From assembly GCA_963830865.1 (NCBI GenBank), contig CAWHNU010000011.1, positions 605,210-669,209 of the forward strand: a stretch of 64,000 nt of DNA, written 5' to 3'. Below are positions 27,625 through 37,544 of this stretch, piece by piece. This stretch comes from an uncultured Acidimicrobiales bacterium (GTDB taxonomy: Bacteria > Actinomycetota > Acidimicrobiia > Acidimicrobiales > VFJN01). A program made the position numbers and the translations under genes. The first letter of the stretch is position 1, and each line of letters opens with the position of its first letter. A model generated the notes under the pieces. It had not been told where the DNA came from. It saw only the letters and a list, made by a program, of their open reading frames with translations, and searched no databases.

Positions 27625-30600
27625 GCGGGGGCGAGCCGTCGCATGTCGCGGGCGATGCGCGCCTCGAAGACCGTGGCGCCCTGCTCCCGGGCGAGGGCGA
27701 GGGCGGCCCGTAGCTCGTCCTCAGCATCGCGATCGTCGTCGGGCCGGGCGAGAGCGCGGATCCGCAGGAGCTCGGCATCGTAGAAGCACATCCCGGTCGT
27801 CGCCGCCAGCGCCAGCGCCTCGTCGACGCGGGCCCGCGCGCCCTCGGCGTCGCCGGCGCCCGCACGCAGGCGGGCCGACACACCCATGTAGAACGGCGCG
27901 AACACCGCCACGTCGTGCGCCCGCCACATCGCGATCAACCCGTCGAGCACCTGGCCCCGGCCAGCCAGGGCGGCCGCGCCGGCACCCGCCTCCAGGTCGG
28001 CGAGCCCGTCGACGGTGGCCCGCTGCAGGGCCGCGGCCAGGGCCATGATGTCGAAGCCGTGCTGGTCGACGAGCCTCGCCACCTCCTCCACCGCCGCCAG
28101 GGCGGTGCCGAGGTCGCCCCGCTCCACCAGTATCCAGACGTTGTAGAGATGGACGGTCGCGGCGGTGGTCGGTCCATGGGGGAACTCGATCTCGTCGCAA
28201 CGCCGCAACGCCGCCCGGACCTGCTCGTCGGCACCGGCGTCGTCGCCTCGCACCGCGCGGGCCAGCGCGAGGAACACCTGCGTCGACGCCCAGCCGTCGG
28301 TCGGCAGGAACCACGTCCGCGCATAGTGCTCGCCGCTGCCCCGGGCCGTGAGCGCGGCGACGGCGGACTCGAGCCGTGCGCTCGCCTCGACGAAGTCGCC
28401 GCCGTACCACGCCAGCGTGCCGAAGGCGCCCTCGTTCTCCGGCGCGTACGGTGCCCGCTCGCCGTCGAGGTTCGCGCGGAGCAGCTCGACCACCTGCCGG
28501 GCCCGGACCAGGTCGCCGCGCATGACGTAGTGACCCCACAACGCGATCAGGGTGCCGAACATCGCGTCGCTCGTCGGGTCCGACACCGTCAGCTCGAGGC
28601 AGCGCTCGTAATCGTGGGCGGCGTCGACCGAGCTGTTGCCCTCGGCGGCCACGGCGATGACGGCCCGGCGCAGCCGCAGCGCGACCTCGCTCCGCCCCCG
28701 CACCCGGCCGTCCGGCAGGCGCGCGACCAGGTCGATGGCCCGCTCCAGCAGGGAGCGGGCCTGGCCGAGGGCGCCGAGCCGTTGCGCCCCGTCGGCCGCC
28801 CGCTGGTAGGCCGGGACCGCCTTGTCGGGGCGGTCGGCGTCGTCGTAGTGCCGGGCCACCAGCCGCCAGTCGACGGCGTCGTCCGTGCCGGCCCGGTCGA
28901 CGAGCGCGTCGGCGACGCGGGCGTGGAGCCCGCGGCGGCGGGAGGGCGGCTGCAGCTCGTAGGCGACCTCCCGCAGCAGCTCGTGGCGGAAGTGGTAGCG
29001 CTCGTCGCCGGCTGCCCGTTCGAGGATGAGGGCGCCGAGCAGGTCGACGAGCGCCTCGCTGAGCTGCGACTCGGGCAGGTCGACCACGCTGGCCAGCACC
29101 TGTCGGTCGACGTCGCGGCCGATCGTGGCGGCGGCTGCCGCCACCGGCACGGCGGCCGGTGTGGCGTAGAGCCGACTGACGAGCGGTTCGTACAGAACGT
29201 CGGGGACGGCCTCCGGCAGAGCCCCGAGCGGCGCGGCCACGTGTGGCTCGGGCGCCCCGACCCCGTGGGCGAGCTGCTCCAGGAACAGCGGGACCCCGTC
29301 CGCCGCGGGCGACGACCGCCTCGCAGGTCGAGGCGTCGACCCCGCGCGGCGAGCGAGAGCACCAGCTCGCGGGACCGGTCGACCCCGAGGGGCCCGAGCG
29401 GGACGACCTCGCCACCCCGCAGGGCGGCGGGCAGCGCGAGGTCACGCGAGGTCGTCAGCACAAGCAGGTGGGCACGCTCCCGCGCAGCACCCGGCCGAGG
29501 ACGTCGAGCGTCGACTCGTCGTACCAGTGCACGTCCTCGGCGACGATCACGGCAGGGCCGGGACCAGCGCACGCCAGGAGATAGACCGCCGCACCCTCGA
29601 CGATCGCCTCGTGGAGCTTGCGGCCCTCGGCGGGGACCGGCTCGAACTGGCCGTCGAGAGGAACCCCGATGATCGCGGCGAGCCGGGGCACCGCCTCGTC
29701 CGGGGCCAGACCGACACTCGCGACGTCGCGTGCGAGGCTCGCGAGCCGCCCTTCCCCGCGCGCGTCCACGGCGGTCCTCGACTCGACCAGACCGCGCACC
29801 GGGCGCAGAACCGCGTCGGCGTGGAGCGGCGAGCCGGCCAGCTCGACGCACGTGGACGCCTCGGCGTCGAGCCCGAGGAGGAACGCCGTGCAGAGGCGCG
29901 ACTTGCCGATCCCGGGCTCGCCGGTGATGTGGACGCCCAGCGGACCCGATCCCTGCTCGACCCGCTCCCATGCCGCCCGGAGCGTCCCTAGTTCGGCGGC
30001 TCGGCCGACGAACGGCCCGGCCGTGCTCCTGCGCGGTTGCTTTGCCTGGGTGCGCACGCCGATCACCCGCATGGGCCGCAGCGGCTGCGAGACGCCCTTG
30101 ACCTGTCGGGCCGGCTCTTCGACCACCGCGAAGGTGTCGCCAACGATGGCCCGCATCTCGGCGGAGATGACGACCGTGCCGGGGTCGGCCAGGCCGTGCA
30201 ACCGGGCGGTCACGTTGGCGGCCAGCCCGTAGACGTCGTTGTCCTCGAGGTCGAGGTACACGATCCCCTTGTGCACGCCCGACCGTGCCGCCAGGCGTTC
30301 GCCGACGGCGCGCTCGACCTCGGCGGACAGGGCCTCGAGCTCGCTCGTGATGTCCAGCGCGGAGCGGACGGCGCGCTCCGCGTCGTCCTCATGCGGTGTC
30401 GGCAGACCGAACACGGCCATGAGGCCGTCGCCGGCGATGTGGGAGATGAATCCGCCGTAGCGGTCCTCGATGACGGCCCGGCACACGGCCTTGTAGCGAC
30501 GGATCACACTCCGGTAGAGCTCGGGCTCGTGGCGCTCCGAGAGCTCGGTCGAGCCCACGAGGTCCACGTAGAGCAGCGAAGCGCGCCGCATCTCCCCGGT

Positions 30601-30802
30601 CGGCGTCGACTCGGCGAGGAGCGCGGAGGCGTCCTGGTTGACGCCGTCGGTGGCGAGCACCGCGCCGGCGAGCTCGACGCGCCGTCTCGTGATCCCCCCG
30701 GTTCATCGCCGCCACGGCCTGGTCGAGCAGCGCGTCGACGGAGGTCGCCGCGGCGGGCGACCGGGCGCCCGAGGCTGTCATACCTGCCGCTTCTTCGCTC
30801 AT
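27621..30802 (-). pseudogene. class III adenylate/guanylate cyclase + AAA ATPase + TPR regulator, about 4 frameshifts
   Basis: LLYVDLVGSTELS...GDGLMAVFG cyclase domain. Walker A GEPGIGKSRL. DGVPLFLEQL. TPR tail. Frame breaks occur near 30680, 29485, 29343 and 29302. Confidence 0.8.
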
Positions 30803-31039
30803 GCGTCCTGCGGGGCGACCCTGCGCTCGCCATTCGACCCCTGTCCAGCGGTCGCCGACCGCGAAGCGAGCGTACTTCGACCACCCGGCGTTCCCAAGCA
30901 GGGATTATGGTCGACGTGCGCAGCCCTAGGAGCACGGCGAGGGAGAGGGCGTTGGGGGAACCGGAGGACAGCGACGGCCAGGGCAGCCGCGGACCGCGAG
31001 GCACGGCCACGGTGGGCGAGCCCGAGGGCGTTCGTCGAC

Positions 31040-31633
31040 GTGCAGCGCCGCGGGCTGGAGGCGGCGACGAACCTCGTTGACCGGCTGATCCGTTCCGTCG
31101 ACGGCGACGCCCGCAGCGGTGCCGACGAAGACGGCGATCGTGCCGGCGCCGCGGGACCCACGGAGGACCTCGTTCGTCTGTGGGTCGAAGTCGTCCGGAT
31201 GGGGCTCGACGCGTTCGGCCAGTTCCTGCCGGCGGCGGCCGCGGGAGGCGACAACGCCACGCTCGACATCCACGACGGAGGATCGCGGGGGATCGTGCGT
31301 GTCGAGGCCAACGCGCCGGGCCAGGCCGGGGACACGACCGACAGCGGTCTCCCGACGGAGCTGTGGCTGCACAACGGGAGCGCCCGGAGCTATTGCGACG
31401 TGTCGCTCCTGTGCGGCGACCTGCGGGCGGCGGACGGCGCCACGCTGCCGGCTGCGGCCGTGCGGTTCGAGCCGGCCGTCGTCGACCTGCCCCCGCGGTC
31501 GAGCCGCGGCGTCGTGGTCTCGATCCGCCCCGACGCGCCGCCCGGCACCTACCGGGGTGTCGTCCTCGTCGGGGGCGTGCCCGACTCGTGGCTTCCGATC
31601 GAGGTGGCCGTGAACTCCCTCCCCGAGGTGTGA
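31040..31633 (+). CDS. hypothetical protein (helical N-terminus + beta-sandwich-like C-terminus), start uncertain
   Basis: GTG 31040. ...LVRLWVEVVRMGLDAFGQFL...PPGTYRGVVLVGGVPDSWLPIEVAV. The stop codon abuts the ATG of the polyprenyl synthase gene. Confidence 0.6.
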   Translation: MQRRGLEAATNLVDRLIRSVDGDARSGADEDGDRAGAAGPTEDLVRLWVEVVRMGLDAFGQFLPAAAAGGDNATLDIHDGGSRGIVRVEANAPGQAGDTTDSGLPTELWLHNGSARSYCDVSLLCGDLRAADGATLPAAAVRFEPAVVDLPPRSSRGVVVSIRPDAPPGTYRGVVLVGGVPDSWLPIEVAVNSLPEV

Positions 31634-32683
31634 ATGATCGTCGCCGGCCCCGATCTCGCCACGCACGCCGTCGAAGAACGGCTCGCGGCGGTGGCCCGCG
31701 AGATCCGGCGGAGGATGCTCGACGCCGTGCCGGACGCGGAGCCGCACGACCGGCTCTACCGGCTCGTGCGGTCGTATCCGAGCCGCCCGGGCAAGGCGAT
31801 CCGGCCGGCCCTGTGCCTGGCGACGTGCGCCGCGTTCGGTGGGCGCGACGAGGACGCGATGGGTGCGGCGGTCGCCATCGAGTTGCTCCACAACGCGTTC
31901 CTCGTCCACGACGACGTCGCCGACGGCAGCGAGCGACGCCGGGGCCGGCCCACGCTGCCGTCCGAGTACGGGGTCGGCCTCGCGCTGAACGCCGGCGACG
32001 CCTTGGCCATCCTCGCCAACCAGGTGGTTCGGCGGCACGCCCGGGACCTCGAGGACGGTCTGGCGGACCGCTTGTTGGGCGAGTTCGACACGATGACACT
32101 GCGCACGCTCGAGGGCCAGGCGACCGAGCTCGGCTGGCAGCGGGAGGCGGTCGCCGACCTCCGGCCCGAGGACTACCTCGACCTCATCATGCACAAGACG
32201 TGCTGGTACACGACGATCCACCCGCTGCGGGTGGGCGCCCTCCTCGGATCGCGGGGCCGGGCCGACCTGCGGCCGATGGTGCGGTTCGGGTTCCACCTCG
32301 GCGCGGCGTTCCAGATCCAGGACGATCTGCTGAACCTGCTGGGCGACGAGGCGCTCTACGGCAAGGAGATCAACGGCGACCTGCGGGAGGGCAAGCGGAC
32401 GCTCGTGCTGATCCATCTCGCCGCGAACGCCCGCGGTGCCGACCGTGCGGTCGTGGGTCGCTACCTGCGGCTCTCGCCGGCCGCGCGCACGCCCAAGGTC
32501 ATCGCCGAGATCCGTGAGCTGATCGGCGTCTACGGGAGCGTCGAGTTCACCCAGGCGTACGGCGCGGGCATCGCCAGCGCGGCGGTCGACGCGTTCGAGA
32601 TCGCTTTCGCCGCCGCCCGCCCCGGTCCGGAACGGGACTTCGTGCGGGCCATGATCCCCTACATGCTCGACCGCCGGCGCTGA
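31634..32683 (+). CDS. polyprenyl (geranylgeranyl) diphosphate synthase family
   Basis: FLVHDDVADGSERRRG (first DDxxD) and FQIQDDLLNLLGDEALYGK (second DDxxD). Confidence 0.9.
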   Translation: MIVAGPDLATHAVEERLAAVAREIRRRMLDAVPDAEPHDRLYRLVRSYPSRPGKAIRPALCLATCAAFGGRDEDAMGAAVAIELLHNAFLVHDDVADGSERRRGRPTLPSEYGVGLALNAGDALAILANQVVRRHARDLEDGLADRLLGEFDTMTLRTLEGQATELGWQREAVADLRPEDYLDLIMHKTCWYTTIHPLRVGALLGSRGRADLRPMVRFGFHLGAAFQIQDDLLNLLGDEALYGKEINGDLREGKRTLVLIHLAANARGADRAVVGRYLRLSPAARTPKVIAEIRELIGVYGSVEFTQAYGAGIASAAVDAFEIAFAAARPGPERDFVRAMIPYMLDRRR

Positions 32684-32699
32684 CCGGGCGGTCGCCGCC

Positions 32700-33623
32700 C
32701 TACTGCTTCGTCGGGCAGGTCAGGTCGGCGAGGCAGTCCAGCAGCCAGTCGCGCACGACCGGGACGTCCACCCGCTGGTAGCCGCCGAGGTAGCGACAGT
32801 TGTTGGTGTAGCCGTAGCTGTCGTCGCCGACCACGAAGCCGTCCCGGATGATCGGCCCGCCCGAGTCGCCGAAGCAGCTGCCGCCGCCGGCCCGGATGTC
32901 GTTCTCGTTGCCGTTGGTCTGGAGGATCTGGGGCGTCAGCTTCTGGCCGATCTCGGTCGTGTAGCGGCGGACGATCGGCTGGCGCATGGGTGTCGGCGTC
33001 TGCGGGCCGGAGTCGGCCTTGCGGACCTCGGTGCCGTAGCCGAGGGTCAGGAAGTCGGTGCTGTTGAGCTGCGGCTGCGCGAACCGGTCGAGGTAGTTGG
33101 CCGGCGCCAGCGGCGCGACCGGCAGGCCCGGCGCCAGGTCGAGGATCACGACGCCGGTGTCGTTCCAGTTGTCGAGGTCGGTGAAGTCGCTGTACTGCGG
33201 GTGCGTGCGGGGCGTGCCGAGGAACCACGTCTGCTCGCCGGCGTAGCGGGGCGGCGTGATGTCGGCGGCGGTGAAGCCCACGGCCGAGACCGCGTCGTCC
33301 GGACCGGTGTCGTCGGCGGCGCGGGGGATGTCGCGCTCGGCCTCGGCCTCGGTGCGGGAGATCACCGGGTCGAACGTGACCACGACCTGGCCGATGTCCT
33401 GGAACGTGCAGTGCGCGGCGGTGAGCAGCACCCGAGGCGCGACCAGCGTGCCGGAGCAGCGGAACCGCCCGTCGGGTTGGTAGAAGACCACCATGCCGAC
33501 GTTCGAGTAGGTGTTGTTCACGTCCTCCGTGCCGCCGGTGATGGCGTGCGACGGTGGCGCCACGGTCAGCAGCGCGGCGACTGCGACGGCGGCGGCGACG
33601 GCGGCGCGGACGAGTCTCGGCAT
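32700..33623 (-). CDS. secreted trypsin-like (S1) serine protease
   Basis: Signal peptide MPRLVRAAVAAAVAVAALLTVAPPSHA. Catalytic motifs TAAHC and GDSGGP. Confidence 0.85.
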   Translation of the reverse strand: MPRLVRAAVAAAVAVAALLTVAPPSHAITGGTEDVNNTYSNVGMVVFYQPDGRFRCSGTLVAPRVLLTAAHCTFQDIGQVVVTFDPVISRTEAEAERDIPRAADDTGPDDAVSAVGFTAADITPPRYAGEQTWFLGTPRTHPQYSDFTDLDNWNDTGVVILDLAPGLPVAPLAPANYLDRFAQPQLNSTDFLTLGYGTEVRKADSGPQTPTPMRQPIVRRYTTEIGQKLTPQILQTNGNENDIRAGGGSCFGDSGGPIIRDGFVVGDDSYGYTNNCRYLGGYQRVDVPVVRDWLLDCLADLTCPTKQ

Positions 33624-33763
33624 GGTTCCCTCCCCGGGCTGGCCCAAGGCGGCGACCATAACGCGGCCGGTGGTCGCCGCGCCGCGGCCATGAGCCGGCG
33701 ATGATTCCGGGCCGCGTGGGGCGTCACATACGACGACGCCCCCCTACTGGCAGGAGAGCCACC

Positions 33764-34375
33764 ATGGGCAAGCTCGTCGTGACCGAGTTCGTGACGCTGG
33801 ACGGCGTGGCGCAGGCGCCGGGGGAGCCCGACGAGGACCGCGACGGCGGCTTCGCCCACGGCGGGTGGCAGGCGCCGCTGCTGGACGACGAGTCCGGCCG
33901 TGCCATGTTCGAGCAGGCGCAGGGCATGGACGCGCTGCTGCTGGGCCGGACGACCTACGAGATCTTCGCCGACTACTGGCCCAAGGCGCCGGAGGAGATC
34001 CCCTTCACGGGCCTGCTCAACGCCGTCCCCAAGTACGTGGCCAGCCGGACGCTTGCCGGCCCCCTCGACTGGCGGGGTTCGACGCTCGTGGAGGGCGACC
34101 TCGCCGCCGGCGTCGGCGCCCTGAAGGAGCGCCACGACGAGGTCCACGTGATCGGCAGCCTGGACCTGCTGCAATCGCTCCTGCGGCTCGGCCTCGTCGA
34201 CCGGCTGGACCTGTGGCTGTACCCGCTGCTGCTCGGCGACGGCAAGCGCGTGTTCGGCGACGGGACCGTGCCCGCGGCGCTGCGCCTGACCGACTCGGTC
34301 ACCTATCCCAACGGGGTGCTCCACCTGGTGTACGAGACCGCGGGCGCCCCGACCTACGGCAACCTGGCCGTCTAG
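33764..34375 (+). CDS. dihydrofolate reductase-like (RibD C-terminal domain) family protein
   Basis: MGKLVVTEFVTLDGVAQAPG...LLLGRTTYEIFADYWP...VIGSLDLLQSLLRLGLVDRLDLWLYPLLLGDGKRVF. Confidence 0.85.
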   Translation: MGKLVVTEFVTLDGVAQAPGEPDEDRDGGFAHGGWQAPLLDDESGRAMFEQAQGMDALLLGRTTYEIFADYWPKAPEEIPFTGLLNAVPKYVASRTLAGPLDWRGSTLVEGDLAAGVGALKERHDEVHVIGSLDLLQSLLRLGLVDRLDLWLYPLLLGDGKRVFGDGTVPAALRLTDSVTYPNGVLHLVYETAGAPTYGNLAV

Positions 34376-34426
34376 CCTCGACGAGGCGGGCCGAGACGGC
34401 CCTGCGAATCGGTGGGGGAGTATGGA

Positions 34427-36214
34427 TCAGCGGAAGGCGAGGCCCTCGAAATCGCCGCTGCTGCGCCACCCGTCGAGGTACGCGAAGTAGGCCGACGCGC
34501 CCATCGGGTAGCCGATGAACGTCCACGCGCCCGGACCGCCGGGCTGGCCCTCGTTGTTGTAGTAGCCGGGCGTGCAGTCCGCCGAGCCGAGCATCATGCC
34601 GGGGCCCGAGGCCAGCAGGTCGAGCCACTCCCGCTCCGCGTCCTCGGTCACCTCGACCTGGTCGTGGCCGCGGTCGCGCGCGTGCTTCACGACCAGGGCG
34701 ATCGTCGTGCCCGCCTCGACCAGGTTGTGGGGGATGTTCGAGATCAGGTTGGCGCCCTGGGTCGGCTGCACGAGGAACAGGTTGGGGAACCCGTGCACGT
34801 GGGTGCCGTGCTTGGTGCGCATGCCCTCGGCCCAGTGCTCGGACAGGAGCCTGCCGTCGCGCCCGCGGGGGTCGTAGCCGTTGCGGCTCTCGAAGGGCGT
34901 GCCGACCTCGAACCCGGACGCGTAGATGATGCAGTCGACGGGGTACTCGACGCCCGCGACGACCACGCCGGTCTCGGTGATCCGCTCGACGCCCTTGCCC
35001 TCGGTGTCGACGAGCCGGGTGCCCGGCTCGTTGTAGGCCTGCAGGTACTCGTCGTGGAAGCACGGCCGCTTGCACAACTGGCGGTACCAGGCCTTCAGGG
35101 CCTGGGCCGTGTCCCTGTCCTCGACGATCGTGTCGACCCGGGCCCGGATCTCCTCCATCTTCTCGAAGTCGGAGTCCTCGAACGCCGCCATCATCTTCTC
35201 GGGCACCATGTCCTCGGGCGGCAGGGCCATGATGCGGCTGCGGATGCGGCGCGACAGGTCGGTCCAGCCGTCCATGACGAGGTCCTCGTCGGCGAGGCCC
35301 CCGGTCTGGTTGGCGGTGAAGTTCTCCAGCCAGCGCCTCTGCCAGCCCGGCGTGGCGATCTCCTCGAACCAGTCGGGGTCGGTCGGCCGGTTGTCACGCA
35401 CGTCGACCGAGCTGGGCGTGCGCTGGAACACGTAGAGCTGCTCGCAGGCGCGGGCAAGGTGGGGGACGCACTGCACCGCCGTGGCGCCCGTGCCGATGAT
35501 GCCGACGCGCTTGTCCGCCAACTTGTCCATCGGCGCCCCGGACGGATCGCCGCCGGTGTAGGCGTAGTCCCACCGGCTGGTGTGGAAGGAGTGCCCGCGG
35601 AAGTCCTCGATCCCCGGGATGCCCGGCAGCTTGGGGACGTGCAGCGGGCCGGTGCCCATGCCGAGGAACTGGGCGGTGAAGCGGTCGCCGCGGTTGGTGG
35701 AGATGATCCAGCGCGACGCGTCGTCGTCCCAGGCCAGGTCGGTGACCTCGGTGTGGAACAGGGCGCCGTCGTAGAGGCGGAAGTGCTTCCCGATGCGCTC
35801 GCAGTGCTCGAGGATCTCCGGGGCGTGGGCGTACTTCTCGGTCGGCATGTGACCGGTCTCTTCGAGCAGCGGCATGTACACGAACGACGCGGTGTCGCAC
35901 ATGGCCCCCGGGTAGCGGTTCCAGTACCACGTCCCGCCGAAGTCGCCGCCCTTCTCGACGATGCGCACGTCCTCGATCCCCGCCTCCTTGAGACGGGCGC
36001 CGGTGACCAGCCCGGCGAAGCCGCCGCCGATGAACGCGAACGTCACGTGGTCGGTCAGCGGCTCGCGCGGCACGACCGGGGTGTAGGGATCCTCCAGGTA
36101 GCGCTCGAGGTGCGTGCCCTTGAGCCGCCGGTACTGGGCGTTGCCGTCCGCCCGGAGCCGCTTGTCGCGCTCCGCCCGGTACTTCGCCCGGAGCGCCTTC
36201 TTGTCGATCGCCAT
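34427..36214 (-). CDS. Baeyer-Villiger (flavin-containing) monooxygenase
   Basis: [11 protein letters not shown], the BVMO fingerprint [16 protein letters not shown], and [11 protein letters not shown]. Confidence 0.9.
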   Translation of the reverse strand: MAIDKKALRAKYRAERDKRLRADGNAQYRRLKGTHLERYLEDPYTPVVPREPLTDHVTFAFIGGGFAGLVTGARLKEAGIEDVRIVEKGGDFGGTWYWNRYPGAMCDTASFVYMPLLEETGHMPTEKYAHAPEILEHCERIGKHFRLYDGALFHTEVTDLAWDDDASRWIISTNRGDRFTAQFLGMGTGPLHVPKLPGIPGIEDFRGHSFHTSRWDYAYTGGDPSGAPMDKLADKRVGIIGTGATAVQCVPHLARACEQLYVFQRTPSSVDVRDNRPTDPDWFEEIATPGWQRRWLENFTANQTGGLADEDLVMDGWTDLSRRIRSRIMALPPEDMVPEKMMAAFEDSDFEKMEEIRARVDTIVEDRDTAQALKAWYRQLCKRPCFHDEYLQAYNEPGTRLVDTEGKGVERITETGVVVAGVEYPVDCIIYASGFEVGTPFESRNGYDPRGRDGRLLSEHWAEGMRTKHGTHVHGFPNLFLVQPTQGANLISNIPHNLVEAGTTIALVVKHARDRGHDQVEVTEDAEREWLDLLASGPGMMLGSADCTPGYYNNEGQPGGPGAWTFIGYPMGASAYFAYLDGWRSSGDFEGLAFR

Positions 36215-36221
36215 GCCCAAT

Positions 36222-36239
36222 CTTGACCGGACGGTCAAG
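36222..36239. promoter_or_regulatory. perfect palindrome directly upstream of the BVMO gene
   Basis: CTTGACCG-GA-CGGTCAAG, 8 nt upstream of the BVMO start codon, in the divergent region shared with azlC. Confidence 0.4.
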
Positions 36240-36391
36240 GCGGGACAAGCGGCAATGACGCTTCTGTCAGTGGCCAGTGCCGTGGTGGCGGACAGCCACT
36301 GTCGGTTCCGCCCGGGGACCGGCGGCGGGATCCACCCTTTCTCCACGTCGCCTCCAAGCATGCGTCAAGCGGCCGGGCGCACTCTGGGCGC

Positions 36392-37132
36392 ATGGTCGCC
36401 CTCGCCCGCCCCCGCCCCCGACTGGCCGTCCGGCCCGGGCACGTGGCCGGCGCCCGGGCGATGGCCGCCTGGCTGCCCGGCATGGCCACGTACGGCCTGG
36501 TCGTGGGGGTCGCGGCCGGCAAGGCCGACGTGCCGGCGCTGGCGGGCTGGTTGACCGGGCCGCTCGTCTACTCGGGCGGTGCCCAGGTCGCGGCGCTGGG
36601 GCTGCTCGACGCCCGGGCCGCGACCCTCGTCGTCGTGGCCACCGTGCTCGCCATCAACGCCCGCCTCCTCGTCTACTCGGCGGCCGCCGGCGCCCGCTGG
36701 CGCAACACGCCGCGGTGGTGGCGGGTGCTTGCGTGCTACCTGCTCGTCGACCCCAGCTTCGCCGTCGGCGCGGACGGCTACGCCCGGGCCGACGCCGCGG
36801 GCGCGGACGCTGGCGCGATGGCCGAGGCCCACGATCACTACATGGGTGCCGCCGTCACGCTCTGCGCTACCTGGCTGCTGGCCACCGGCATCGGGGTCCT
36901 GACCGCCGACGCCCTCCCGGCCCGCCTGGAGCTGGCCTTCGTCGTCCCGCTCTTCCTGCTGGGCGAGACCCAGCGCCGCGCCAAGGGGCGCGTCGCGTTC
37001 CGGGCCGTGGTCGTCACTGTCACGGTCGCGACCCTCGGCCGGGCGATGCCCCTGCACCTCGGCGTCCTCGCCGCCATCGTGGCCGGCCTGGCCGTCGCCG
37101 CGCTCACCCCCACCCCGGAGGACCACCGATGA
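36392..37132 (+). CDS. azlC: AzlC family branched-chain amino acid exporter subunit
   Basis: Multi-TM protein. GGAQVAALGLL and INARLLVYSAA motifs. Followed by azlD. Confidence 0.8.
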   Translation: MVALARPRPRLAVRPGHVAGARAMAAWLPGMATYGLVVGVAAGKADVPALAGWLTGPLVYSGGAQVAALGLLDARAATLVVVATVLAINARLLVYSAAAGARWRNTPRWWRVLACYLLVDPSFAVGADGYARADAAGADAGAMAEAHDHYMGAAVTLCATWLLATGIGVLTADALPARLELAFVVPLFLLGETQRRAKGRVAFRAVVVTVTVATLGRAMPLHLGVLAAIVAGLAVAALTPTPEDHR

Positions 37133-37223
37133 CCGAGCGAAGCGAGGTCCATAAGCACAGTCGTGTTATCGCCACGAAGTGGCGATCCGGTCACCGGTGC
37201 GCCCGAAGGGTGCACCAGTGACC
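37129..37223 (+). repeat. 95-nt structured intercistronic cassette, copy 1 (MIRU-like)
   Basis: 94/95 identical to the reverse complement of 51706-51800. Starts ATGACC, overlapping the azlC TGA. Ends GTGACC, which is the azlD start. Contains two GAA-loop hairpins. Confidence 0.9.
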
Positions 37224-37544
37224 GTGTGGCTCACCCTGCTGGTCGCCGGCGCGGCCAGCTACGCGTTCCGGCTCGTGCCGGCCGTGCTCGTCGACCGTGT
37301 CGGTGCGCTCGGCCGGGTCGAGCGGATCTCGGCCTACGCCGTGCCGGTGACGTTCGCGGCCGTGGCCGCCGACGCCGTCGTGGCGCGGGCCGCGGCCGCG
37401 ACGGGCGGTCCGCTCGACGTGCTCGCGCCCGTGGCGGCCGCCGCGGTGGCCGTCCTCGCCGCCCGCCGGACCGGCTCGTCGCTCGCCGCCATCGCGGCCG
37501 GCCTGCCCGTCCTCTGGGCCCTGACGTGGGCGGCAGGCCGATGA
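37218..37544 (+). CDS. azlD: AzlD family branched-chain amino acid exporter small subunit
   Basis: VTVWLTLLVAGAASYAFRLVPAVLV... About 108 aa, hydrophobic. The GTG lies inside the cassette 3' arm. Confidence 0.75.
   Translation: MTVWLTLLVAGAASYAFRLVPAVLVDRVGALGRVERISAYAVPVTFAAVAADAVVARAAAATGGPLDVLAPVAAAAVAVLAARRTGSSLAAIAAGLPVLWALTWAAGR

Noticed and set aside
30907-31080. An ATG-initiated ORF (MVDVRSPRSTARERALGEPEDSDGQ...) as the true N-terminus of the gene upstream of the polyprenyl synthase.
   Set aside because: It is in a different frame from the well-behaved 31040-31633 reading and would need yet another frameshift. Its composition is poor. I recorded the start of that gene as uncertain instead.
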